IMG/VR virus record: IMGVR_UViG_2778261449_000001
Direction: 5' to 3' (one strand)
DNA length: 7,299 nt
Source: a virus
Lineage: Duplodnaviria > Heunggongvirae > Uroviricota > Caudoviricetes
In this document: piece after piece, positions 1 through 7,041 of the stretch
How positions within the stretch are numbered: the stretch's first letter is position 1
Layout: each line of letters begins with the position of its first letter
Made by a program: the position numbers and the translations under genes
The notes under the pieces: generated by a model
Told to the model about the DNA's origin: nothing
Databases searched by the model: none
What the model saw: only the letters and a program-made list of their open reading frames with translations

Positions 1-125
1 TGAAAGTTGGGAAAGTGTATATCGATTACGACTATACCCCCGTCCCGCCGCTGGAAAACCTGAGCCTGCGCCAGCGCATCACCGATACCTATCTGGCGAA
101 CCTGTCGGACTCGGTCAACAGCTAA
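1..125 (+). CDS. FI: 3' end of tail sheath gene (P2 gpFI-like), partial, runs off the window start
   Basis: Open frame from the window start to TAA at 123-125 (…[10 protein letters not shown]). It sits immediately upstream of FII in the conserved P2 order FI-FII-E-T-U-D. The FII Shine-Dalgarno (AAGGAG, 123-128) overlaps the stop. Assignment is by synteny only, as the fragment is short. Confidence 0.6.
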   Translation, partial: KVGKVYIDYDYTPVPPLENLSLRQRITDTYLANLSDSVNS

Positions 126-137
126 GGAGCTCTGAGC

Positions 138-656
138 ATGGCGTTACCCCGCAAACTGAAATACCTGAATATGTTCAACGATGGCCTCAGCTATATGGGC
201 GTTGTTGAATCCGTCACCCTGCCAAAACTGACCCGCAAGCTGGAGAAATATCGCGGCGGCGGGATGCCGGGGGCGGTGTCGGTTGACCTTGGCCTCGATG
301 ACGATGCGCTGTCGCTTGAGTGGACGCTCGGCGGTCTGCCTGACATTGAATTGTGGGCGCAGTACGCCTCACCGGGTGCTGACAGCGTGCCGCTGCGTTT
401 TACCGGCTCTTATCAGCGTGACGACACCGGCGCGATTTCTGCCGTCGAGGTGGTGATGCGTGGCCGTCATAAAGAATACGACGGCGGTGAAAACAAGCAG
501 GGCGAAAGCGGTACAACCAAAATGGCGACCGAGTGCGCCTATTACCAGCTCACGATCGACGGCAAAGAAGTCATCGAGATTGACGTGATCAACATGGTGC
601 TGAAAGTCGACGGTGTCGACCGTATGGCAGAGCACCGCAAGGCGATTGGCCTGTAA
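138..656 (+). CDS. FII: Phage major tail tube protein (P2 gpFII family)
   Basis: 172-aa ORF starting MALPRKLKYLNMFNDG…, which I recognise as the P2 FII tail tube N-terminus, with the same length as P2 FII. Strong SD (AAGGAG) 9 nt upstream of the ATG. Position matches the P2 tail cluster. Confidence 0.9.
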   Translation: MALPRKLKYLNMFNDGLSYMGVVESVTLPKLTRKLEKYRGGGMPGAVSVDLGLDDDALSLEWTLGGLPDIELWAQYASPGADSVPLRFTGSYQRDDTGAISAVEVVMRGRHKEYDGGENKQGESGTTKMATECAYYQLTIDGKEVIEIDVINMVLKVDGVDRMAEHRKAIGL

Positions 657-710
657 TCCTTCAACCGGTCAGTGAGGCTGGCCGGTCATTTACCCTGATG
701 AGAAATTCGC

Positions 711-1025
711 ATGAAAAATATCAATGAGACTGCTGTTGCTGACACTGAGAACGTCAATCCGAATGTCGTTATTTTTGACACCCCGCTGATGCGCGGTGAG
801 CAGAAAGTTGAGCAGGTCACCTTAACCAAACCGAATGCGGGAACCCTGCGCGGGGTGTCGCTGGCGTCGCTGGCAAATTCCGACGTTGATGCGCTGATTA
901 AGGTGCTGCCGCGCATGACATATCCGGCACTGACCGAGCACGAGCTCGCGCGTCTGGATGCGTCAGACCTGATTTCACTGGCCGGTAAGGTGGTCGGTTT
1001 TTTGTCACCAGCTTCGGGTCGCTGA
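711..1025 (+). CDS. E: Tail assembly chaperone gpE (zero-frame product)
   Basis: 104-aa ORF (MKNINETAVADTENV…) lying between the tube and tape measure genes, the conserved position of the chaperone. It contains the slippery run GGTTTTTTG at 996-1004 near its 3' end. Confidence 0.85.
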   Translation: MKNINETAVADTENVNPNVVIFDTPLMRGEQKVEQVTLTKPNAGTLRGVSLASLANSDVDALIKVLPRMTYPALTEHELARLDASDLISLAGKVVGFLSPASGR

Positions 1026-1180
1026 CCTTCCCGGAAAAACTGTCGGTCGATGACCTGATGGCGGATATTGCGGTGATCTTCCACTGGCCGCCATCAGAGC
1101 TAAATTCCCTGAGTGTGACCGAGCTCCTGACATGGCGCGATAAGGCGCTGCAACGAAGCGGAAGCCATCATGAGCAATAA
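711..1180 (+). CDS. E+E': Tail assembly chaperone gpE+E', made by programmed -1 ribosomal frameshift at T6G (996-1004)
   Basis: After the slippery site, the -1 frame (codons from 1004) is open for 59 codons (VTSFGSLTFPEKLSVDDLMADIAVIFHWPPSELNSLSVTELLTWRDKALQRSGSHHEQ*) and stops at TAA 1178-1180, overlapping the T start at 1170. This is the conserved G/GT-like arrangement known for P2 E/E'. Confidence 0.75.
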
Positions 1181-3611
1181 CGTCAGAATCGAGGTGCTGC
1201 TGAACGCAGTTGACCGGGCAAGCCGCCCGCTTAAAGCGATTCAGAACGCCAGCAAATCCCTGTCTGGTGATATCCGCAATTCACAAAAAAGCCTGTGCGA
1301 ACTTAATGTGCAGGCGTCCCGTATTGACGGATTCCGCAAAGCCAGCGCCCAGCTTGCCGTGACCGGTCATTCGCTTGAGAAAGCGAAACAGGAAGCGCAA
1401 GCCCTTGCCACACAATTTAAAAACACCGAGCGCCCGACGCGCGCGCAGGCGCAGGTGCTTGAATCGGCAAAGCGTGCCGCCAACGGGCTGCAGACGAAAT
1501 ACAACAGCCTCACTGAGTCTGTTAAGCGCCAGCAACGTGAACTCGGTGCAGTCGGTATTAATACCCGTAATCTGGCAAATGATGAGCGGGGGCTTAAATC
1601 GCGCATCAGTGAGACTACCGCGCAGCTTAATCGGCAGCGTGAGGCACTGGCGAAAGTCAGCGCACAGCAGGCGAAGTTAAGCCGGGTGAAAGCGCGGTAT
1701 CAGGCCGGTAAATCACTGGCCGGAAACGCGGCGGCGGCTGGCGCAGCCGGTGTTGGTATTGCGACGGCGGGAACCCTCGCCGGGGTTAAGCTGCTGACGC
1801 TTGGTTATGAATTTGCACAGAAAAACTCAGAGCTGCAGGCCGTGCTCGGTGTCGACAAACAGTCGCCTGAAATGCAGGCGCTGCGTAAACAGGCGCGCCA
1901 GCTCGGTGATAATACCGCTGCCTCTGCCGATGATGCGGCGGGTGCGCAGATTATCATTGCCAAAAGCGGCGGCGATGCGGCGGCCATTCAGGCGGCGACG
2001 CCGGTCACACTGAATATGGCGCTGTCGAACAAGCGCACGATGGAAGAAAACGCTGCGCTGCTGACAGGCATGAAATCTGCTTTTCAGCTCTCTAACGATA
2101 AAGTCGCGCATATTGGTGATGTTCTCTCGATGACGATGAACAAAACCGCCGCCGACTTTGATGGAATGAGTGATGCGCTGACCTATGCCGCGCCAGTGGC
2201 GAAAAATGCCGGGGTAAGTATCGAAGAAACCGCCGCAATGGTGGGGGCGCTGCACGATTCCAAAATCACCGGCTCGATGGCGGGTACAGGGAGTCGTGCC
2301 GTTCTGAGTCGCCTGCAGGCGCCAACCGGTAAAGCGTACGACGCCATCAAAGAGCTCGGTATTAAAACGTCAGATAGCAAAGGCAATACGCGCCCGATAT
2401 TTTCCATCCTGAAAGAAATGCAGCGCAGTTTTGAGAAAAACAATCTTGGAACGGGTCAGAAATCCGAATACATGAAAACCATTTTCGGTGAAGAGGCCAG
2501 CTCGGCGGCCGCCGTGCTGATGGCCGCCGCATCAAGCGGCAAGCTCGACCAGCTCACCGCCGCGTTTAAAGCCTCAGACGGTAAGACTGAGGAACTGGTT
2601 AAGGTTATGCAGGATAACCTCGGCGGCGACTTTAAAGAGTTTCAGTCAGCCTATGAGGCGGTCGGCACTGACCTGTTTGATCAGCAGGAGGGCTCACTGC
2701 GTAAGCTGACGCAGACGGCCACGCAATATGTGCTCAGGCTCGACGGCTGGATCCAGAAAAATAAAGGGCTGGCGACCACCCTCGGCGTGGTGGTTGGTGG
2801 TGCGCTGGCGCTGATCGGTGTGATGGGCGGGATTGGCCTTGTCGCATGGCCGGTGGTGATGGGGATTAATGCCATCATTGCGGCGGCTGGCGTGCTCGGT
2901 GTGGTTTTCAGTACGGTCGGCGGCGCGATTGTCACGGCCATTGGCGCAATCAGCCTGCCGGTGCTGGCGGTAGCCGGTGCAGTGGTGGCCGGTGCATTGC
3001 TGATCCGCAAATACTGGGAGCCGCTCGGTGCATTCTTCTCGGGCGTGGTGGAGGGACTGAAAGCCGCCTTTGCACCGGTGGGGGACATGTTTACCCCGCT
3101 CGCGCCGGTGTTTGACGCCATCGCTGAAAAGCTGGGTGTCGTCTGCCAGTGGTTTAAAGACCTGCTTGCGCCGGTGAAAGCCACGCAGGACACGCTCTCC
3201 AGTTGCAAAAATGTCGGCGTTACTTTTGGCCAGGCGCTGGCTGATGCGCTGATGATGCCGCTCAAGATGTTTAACAGCCTGAGCGGCAAGGTCGGCTGGC
3301 TGCTGGAGAAACTCGGCGTTATCAAAAAAGAATCCAGCGACCTCGACCAGACCGCAGCGAAAGCGAATAAGGCGTCCCCGAATGGCGGGTATATCCCTGC
3401 GACCGCAGGTTATGGCGGGTATCAGGCGTATCAGCCGGTCACAGCGCCCGCAGGCCTGTCTTATATCGACCAGAGCAAAAGCGAATACAACATCAACCTG
3501 CAGGGCGGAGTCGCACCGGGCAGTGACCTTGACCGCCAGCTCCGTGACGCGGTCGACAAACTTGACCGCGAGAAACGTGCGCGTCAGCGATCCAGTATGA
3601 GACTCGACTGA
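1170..3611 (+). CDS. T: Tail tape measure protein (P2 gpT family)
   Basis: 813-aa ORF directly after the E/E' chaperone. The N-terminal half is coiled-coil-like and rich in Q/A/K/R. There is a long Gly/Ala/Val/Ile-rich hydrophobic segment (LGVVVGGALALIGVMGGIGLVAWPVVMGINAIIAAAGVLGVV…), typical of tape measure proteins. RBS-like GGAAG precedes the ATG. Confidence 0.9.
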   Translation: MSNNVRIEVLLNAVDRASRPLKAIQNASKSLSGDIRNSQKSLCELNVQASRIDGFRKASAQLAVTGHSLEKAKQEAQALATQFKNTERPTRAQAQVLESAKRAANGLQTKYNSLTESVKRQQRELGAVGINTRNLANDERGLKSRISETTAQLNRQREALAKVSAQQAKLSRVKARYQAGKSLAGNAAAAGAAGVGIATAGTLAGVKLLTLGYEFAQKNSELQAVLGVDKQSPEMQALRKQARQLGDNTAASADDAAGAQIIIAKSGGDAAAIQAATPVTLNMALSNKRTMEENAALLTGMKSAFQLSNDKVAHIGDVLSMTMNKTAADFDGMSDALTYAAPVAKNAGVSIEETAAMVGALHDSKITGSMAGTGSRAVLSRLQAPTGKAYDAIKELGIKTSDSKGNTRPIFSILKEMQRSFEKNNLGTGQKSEYMKTIFGEEASSAAAVLMAAASSGKLDQLTAAFKASDGKTEELVKVMQDNLGGDFKEFQSAYEAVGTDLFDQQEGSLRKLTQTATQYVLRLDGWIQKNKGLATTLGVVVGGALALIGVMGGIGLVAWPVVMGINAIIAAAGVLGVVFSTVGGAIVTAIGAISLPVLAVAGAVVAGALLIRKYWEPLGAFFSGVVEGLKAAFAPVGDMFTPLAPVFDAIAEKLGVVCQWFKDLLAPVKATQDTLSSCKNVGVTFGQALADALMMPLKMFNSLSGKVGWLLEKLGVIKKESSDLDQTAAKANKASPNGGYIPATAGYGGYQAYQPVTAPAGLSYIDQSKSEYNINLQGGVAPGSDLDRQLRDAVDKLDREKRARQRSSMRLD

Positions 3612-3624
3612 GGGAGGGATAAAA

Positions 3625-4089
3625 ATGTTAATGGGGCTGGGCTTTTTCGTGTTTGAACGGCGCACCCTGCCGCATCAGTCAATGCAGTATTCGAAGGACT
3701 ACCGCTGGGTGTCAAATGACCGTATCGGAAAACCCCCGGCTTATCAGTATCTCGGGGAGGGGGAAACCTCGCGTACCCTGTCGGGCACGCTTTACCCTGA
3801 AATCACCGGCGGGCGTCTGTCACTGATGGCCATCGAACTGATGGCCGATGAGGGGCGCGCATGGCCGCTGATTGACGGAACCGGCATGATCCACGGGATG
3901 TATGTCATCGATAAAGTGACTCACAACCACACCGAGTTATTCAGCGACGGCGCGGCTAAAAAAATCGAGTTTAGCCTGTCGCTTAAGCGGGTGGATGAAT
4001 CCCTCGCGGCCATCTACGGCGACCTGAAAACGCAGGCTGATAATCTGGTCACGTCTGCCGGTAACTGGCTCGGGGGGCTGGCGGGATGA
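3625..4089 (+). CDS. U: Phage tail protein gpU
   Basis: 154-aa ORF, similar in size to P2 gpU, with SD GAGGGAGGG 6-8 nt upstream of the ATG. It sits between T and D, and its stop overlaps the D start (ATGA at 4086-4089), indicating translational coupling. Confidence 0.85.
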   Translation: MLMGLGFFVFERRTLPHQSMQYSKDYRWVSNDRIGKPPAYQYLGEGETSRTLSGTLYPEITGGRLSLMAIELMADEGRAWPLIDGTGMIHGMYVIDKVTHNHTELFSDGAAKKIEFSLSLKRVDESLAAIYGDLKTQADNLVTSAGNWLGGLAG

Positions 4090-5249
4090 TAACGGGAATG
4101 ACTATTCAGGCCGGGGCGCGCATTGCTCCTGATTTTATGCTCACGCTCGGTGGCGCAGATATCACACAGAATTTCAGCGACCGGCTTATCGGGCTGACCA
4201 TGACCGACAATCGCGGATTCGAGGCTGACCAGCTTGATATCGAGCTCGATGATACCGATGGACTGGTCGAGTTGCCGCCGCGCGGGGCATCGCTGACCCT
4301 GTGGCTGGGCTGGCAGGGCTCGGCGCTGATTAACAAAGGGAGTTTTACGGTTGACGAAATCGAGCACCGGGGCGCGCCTGACAGGCTGACTATCCGGGGA
4401 CGCAGTGCGGATTTTCGCGGGACGCTGAACTCGCGCCGCGAGCAGTCATGGCACGACACCACGCTCGGGGTGATTGTCGAGACTATCGCGCAGCGTAACA
4501 AACTGACGGCCAGCGTGGCTGATACCCTGAAAGCTGTTGCTGTGCCGCATATTGACCAGTCTCAGGAATCCGACGCGGCGTTTTTGTCCCGACTGGCGGA
4601 TCGCAACGGGGCAACGGTTTCGGTCAAGGCCGGGAAATTGTTATTCCTGAAAGCCGGTAGCGCGATGACGGCCAGTGGTAAGGCCATCCCGCAAATGACC
4701 GTCGAACGCGGCGACGGCGACCGGCATCAGTTTGCCATAGCCGACCGCGAGGCATACTCCGGCGTAACCGCTAAATGGCTGCACACCAGAGACCCGAAAC
4801 CGCAAAAGCAAAAGGTGAAGCTCAAGCGCAAACCCAAAGAGCAGCACCTGCGTGCGCTGCAGCACCCGAAGGTTGCTAAAACATCGGCAAAGGCTAAAAA
4901 GAAGAAGGTGCAGGAAGCGCGGGAAGGTGAGTATATGGCCGGTGAGTCCGACAATGTTCTGGAACTCACGACCATCTACGCGACAAAGGCGCAGGCCATG
5001 CGCGCAGCTCAGGCAAAGTGGGACAGGATACAGCGTGGGGTGGCGGAGTTTTCGATCACGCTCGCCACTGGCCGCGCTGATTTATTTCCTGAAACGCCGG
5101 TGGCAGTGAAAGGCTTTAAGCGCGTTATAGACGAGCAGGCGTGGATAATCAGTCGTGTGGTACACAGCCTCAACGGGAGCGGCTTCACGACGGGCTTAGA
5201 GCTTGAGGTTAAGGTTTCTGATGTGGAGTATGAAAGCGAGGAAGTTTAA
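4086..5249 (+). CDS. D: Phage late control gene D protein (gpD tail protein)
   Basis: 387-aa ORF, the same length as P2 gpD, in the conserved position after U and before ogr. It contains a lysine-rich low-complexity stretch (KPQKQKVKLKRKPKEQ…AKAKKKKVQ). Confidence 0.85.
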   Translation: MITGMTIQAGARIAPDFMLTLGGADITQNFSDRLIGLTMTDNRGFEADQLDIELDDTDGLVELPPRGASLTLWLGWQGSALINKGSFTVDEIEHRGAPDRLTIRGRSADFRGTLNSRREQSWHDTTLGVIVETIAQRNKLTASVADTLKAVAVPHIDQSQESDAAFLSRLADRNGATVSVKAGKLLFLKAGSAMTASGKAIPQMTVERGDGDRHQFAIADREAYSGVTAKWLHTRDPKPQKQKVKLKRKPKEQHLRALQHPKVAKTSAKAKKKKVQEAREGEYMAGESDNVLELTTIYATKAQAMRAAQAKWDRIQRGVAEFSITLATGRADLFPETPVAVKGFKRVIDEQAWIISRVVHSLNGSGFTTGLELEVKVSDVEYESEEV

Positions 5250-5329
5250 CGGCGTGTGTTGTTTATGTGTTTGTTTTATAAGTAAAAATTAGTAAAATTA
5301 ACACATTGAATACGCCGGAGACCCTCATC

Positions 5330-5551
5330 ATGTTTCATTGTCCGAAATGCCATCATGCCGCCCACGCCCGCACGAGTCGCTATTTTACTGATACCACAAA
5401 AGAGCGGTATCACCAGTGCACAAACATTAACTGCAGCTGCACGTTTGTGACCACTGAAACAGTCGAGCGTTTTATCGTGTCGCCGGGGGAAGTAGTACCC
5501 GCGCCGCCGCATCCGACATCATCAGGTCAGCAACAAATTCACTGGATGTGA
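5330..5551 (+). CDS. ogr: Ogr/Delta-family zinc-finger late transcription activator
   Basis: MFHCPKCHHAAHARTSRYFTDTTKERYHQCTNINCSCTF… carries the C-x2-C-x22-C-x4-C zinc finger and closely matches my recollection of the P2 Ogr N-terminus (MFHCPLC…). I prefer the ATG at 5330, with GGAG 9 nt upstream, over the TTG at 5306 used by the ORF track. An AT-rich promoter-like region lies at 5255-5305. Confidence 0.9.
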   Translation: MFHCPKCHHAAHARTSRYFTDTTKERYHQCTNINCSCTFVTTETVERFIVSPGEVVPAPPHPTSSGQQQIHWM

Positions 5552-5558
5552 CAAACGA

Positions 5559-5586
5559 GAAAGCCCCGCGAATGCGGGGCTTTTTG
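5559..5586 (+). terminator. Rho-independent terminator downstream of ogr
   Basis: AAAGCCCCGC-GAAT-GCGGGGCTTTTTG: a perfect 7-bp GC-rich stem (5563-5569 / 5574-5580) with a 4-nt loop, followed by T5. Confidence 0.85.
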
Positions 5587-5857
5587 CAACTTTTAGATCA
5601 GTTATGTTAAGTACATTTCCGTCGGCAAAGTGCCAGGAGCGGGTTCTAGAGAGTGACTAACGTTAGTTATATGTGTAAAATTCCTTAAAAATAAGAAGGA
5701 TATATATCCATGACAGCAATTGCATATTGGATTAACTGAGAATCAATTGAGAAATTTTTGGGGGGGCAAAAAATAAACTAGCTAATTAAATTTTTATAAA
5801 TAACGAATATAAGACTGCAAGCCATTTAACAAAAGTTTATAAATAAAGGAGTCAGTT

Positions 5858-6709
5858 TTGAACAATATCCCCATATCTACTCAATGGACTTTAGACGCTA
5901 CGGGTGAAGTTGGACGCTCATCAGTAAATTCTGTTTATATGATTATATGTCCTGCGACAGGCTCGAAAGGATCTGGTTTTTTAATAGATAATGGGTTAAT
6001 AGTAACGAACGAGCATGTTATCACTGGATGCTCTACAAATCAGATTTTCGCAATTTCAGCTTATGGACAGAAGATTCCAATTTCTCAAAAATGGATAGAT
6101 TCTGATCGCGATTTAGCTGTGCTGAGACCTGCCATTACCCAGACTGGTGGGCTAAGTATTGTTAAGGATAATGATCTTAAAGTTGGTGAATCAGTAACAA
6201 CTTGGGGATACCCATTAGGATACAACGGTCCTGCACCGTTACTATCCGTTGGTTATCTAGCAGGATTTAACTCATACCAAACCGCCAAGGGACAAAAAAA
6301 ACATCTAGTGGTAAATGGGGCATTTAACTCAGGAAATTCTGGTGGAGCTCTTTTAAAAGCTTCAGATAATAAAGTAATAGGTATTGTAGTGAGTAAGCAT
6401 GCTCCTATCAGTCAATACCATCAATCAGCTATTGAAGCTTTGTCTGAAAATATGAGTGGCGTCACCTATACCGCTACTAATGACGCTGGAGAAACTAAAA
6501 GTTTTGTAGAATCTCAAATTGTAGCAGAATTATTGATTCATATGAGAAGTCTAACTCAAGTTATGATTGGAGAAGCAATTGCAGCAGAGGAATTACTTTC
6601 GATGCTTAGCGAAATTGACTTGAGTCCACCACAATCTATGTCAAGAAATGCCTTATGTCATTGCGGGAGTGGAAAACGCTTCAAAGAATGTCATGGAAAG
6701 ATATCCTAG
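5858..6709 (+). CDS. Cytoplasmic trypsin/chymotrypsin-like serine protease with a C-terminal SEC-C zinc-binding motif; prophage cargo (moron) gene and candidate defence effector
   Basis: 283-aa ORF with a TTG start at 5858 and SD AGGAG 6 nt upstream. Motifs read directly from the translation: GSGFLIDNGLIVTNEHV (His box), DSDRDLAVL (Asp) and NSGNSGGALL (GxSGG serine box) form a trypsin-like catalytic triad. The C-terminus NALCHCGSGKRFKECHG matches the SEC-C metal-binding motif found at the SecA C-terminus. There is no N-terminal signal peptide or transmembrane segment. The gene is markedly AT-rich compared with the flanking phage genes. Confidence 0.8.
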   Translation: MNNIPISTQWTLDATGEVGRSSVNSVYMIICPATGSKGSGFLIDNGLIVTNEHVITGCSTNQIFAISAYGQKIPISQKWIDSDRDLAVLRPAITQTGGLSIVKDNDLKVGESVTTWGYPLGYNGPAPLLSVGYLAGFNSYQTAKGQKKHLVVNGAFNSGNSGGALLKASDNKVIGIVVSKHAPISQYHQSAIEALSENMSGVTYTATNDAGETKSFVESQIVAELLIHMRSLTQVMIGEAIAAEELLSMLSEIDLSPPQSMSRNALCHCGSGKRFKECHGKIS

Positions 6710-6854
6710 TAAGTACTTATATCAGTCTGATAATGGCTCTTCCAATACAAAAGACTTCACTTACTCTGCCGTCATCTCTGCTCCTCGCTTATTGCAGACG
6801 GTCAAAAGCTTACAAGCTGTTGACTAGATGTGTTCTTACATTGTCAGTTAAAAC

Positions 6855-6882
6855 AAAAGCCCCGCAAATGCGGGGCTTTTTG
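6855..6882 (+). terminator. Rho-independent terminator downstream of the cargo gene; near-identical copy of the ogr terminator
   Basis: AAAGCCCCGC-AAAT-GCGGGGCTTTTTG: stem 6859-6865 / 6870-6876, then T5. It differs from the 5559-5586 terminator at a single loop base. Confidence 0.85.
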
Positions 6883-6947
6883 TATCGATGTGGTCAATGT
6901 GTGGACATTGATAGAAATAAATCCATTTATTTCAGTAAGTTACATGC

Positions 6948-6974
6948 AAAAAATAAGCCCGTGTAAGGGAGATT
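6948..6974. other. att: P2-type attachment core (prophage-host junction)
   Basis: AAAAAATAAGCCCGTGTAAGGGAGATT matches the 27-bp P2 att core as I recall it. It lies where attP sits in P2 (just after ogr) and overlaps the terminator of the minus-strand sRNA gene. No integrase ORF follows, consistent with host DNA beyond. Confidence 0.7.
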
Positions 6975-7034
6975 ACACAGGCTAAGGAGGTGGTTCCTGG
7001 TACAGCTAGCATTTTATGGGTTATGTTTTTCAGC
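6948..7034 (-). ncRNA. cyaR: Hfq-dependent, CRP-activated small RNA CyaR (RyeE)
   Basis: The reverse complement reads GCTGAAAAACATAACCCATAAAATGCTAGCTGTACCAGGAACCACCTCCTTAGCCTGTGTAATCTCCCTTACACGGGCTTATTTTTT (87 nt), which matches my memory of E. coli CyaR. It ends in an intrinsic terminator (stem CCTGTGTAA / TTACACGGG, then T-run) that coincides with the P2 att core. In E. coli K-12 cyaR is known to lie next to the cryptic P2 remnant (ogrK). Confidence 0.7.
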
Positions 7035-7041
7035 GAAACGG

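Larger units (their letters stand above)
1..6974 (+). mobile_element. P2-like prophage, right arm (tail genes through ogr, plus terminal cargo island) ending at the att core
   Basis: Conserved P2 order FI-FII-E/E'-T-U-D-ogr-att. The abrupt switch to AT-rich composition in the cargo, and the att core fused to a host sRNA gene, mark the prophage end. Confidence 0.9.

Noticed and set aside
686-1084. 132-aa minus-strand ORF overlapping gene E, and the 88-aa minus ORF at 369-635 inside FII
   Set aside because: Antisense to conserved phage tail genes, with Ser/Arg-rich low-complexity translations. Shadow ORFs.
1281-2443. Several 60-142-aa ORFs on both strands inside T (1281-1535, 1367-1606, 1375-1680, 1801-2013, 1805-1987, 1827-2255, 2183-2443)
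   Set aside because: All are nested within the tape measure coding sequence in alternative frames. Arg-rich compositions are typical of out-of-frame GC-rich sequence.
2694-3665. 323-aa minus-strand ORF, plus the 214-aa minus ORF at 2681-3325, inside the tape measure gene
   Set aside because: They are antisense to a well-supported 813-aa tape measure ORF in GC-rich DNA, where long spurious antisense frames are expected. The translations are low-complexity and Arg/His/Pro-rich, with no RBS or synteny support.
4014-5109. Minus-strand ORFs 4014-4367, 4106-4501, 4641-4865 and 4727-4975, and plus-strand ORF 4852-5109, overlapping U and D
   Set aside because: They overlap the well-supported U and D genes in other frames, with no independent start signals. 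Treated as spurious.
5276-5512. 78-aa minus-strand ORF antisense to ogr
   Set aside because: The plus-strand frame encodes an unmistakable Ogr zinc-finger protein. The antisense ORF is a shadow.
6655-6966. 103-aa plus-strand ORF that starts inside the 3' end of the protease gene and runs through the terminator and att core
   Set aside because: It would have to be translated through a strong intrinsic terminator hairpin and the att core or sRNA terminator. It has no RBS, and its internal ATG at 6733 has none either. Most likely non-coding.
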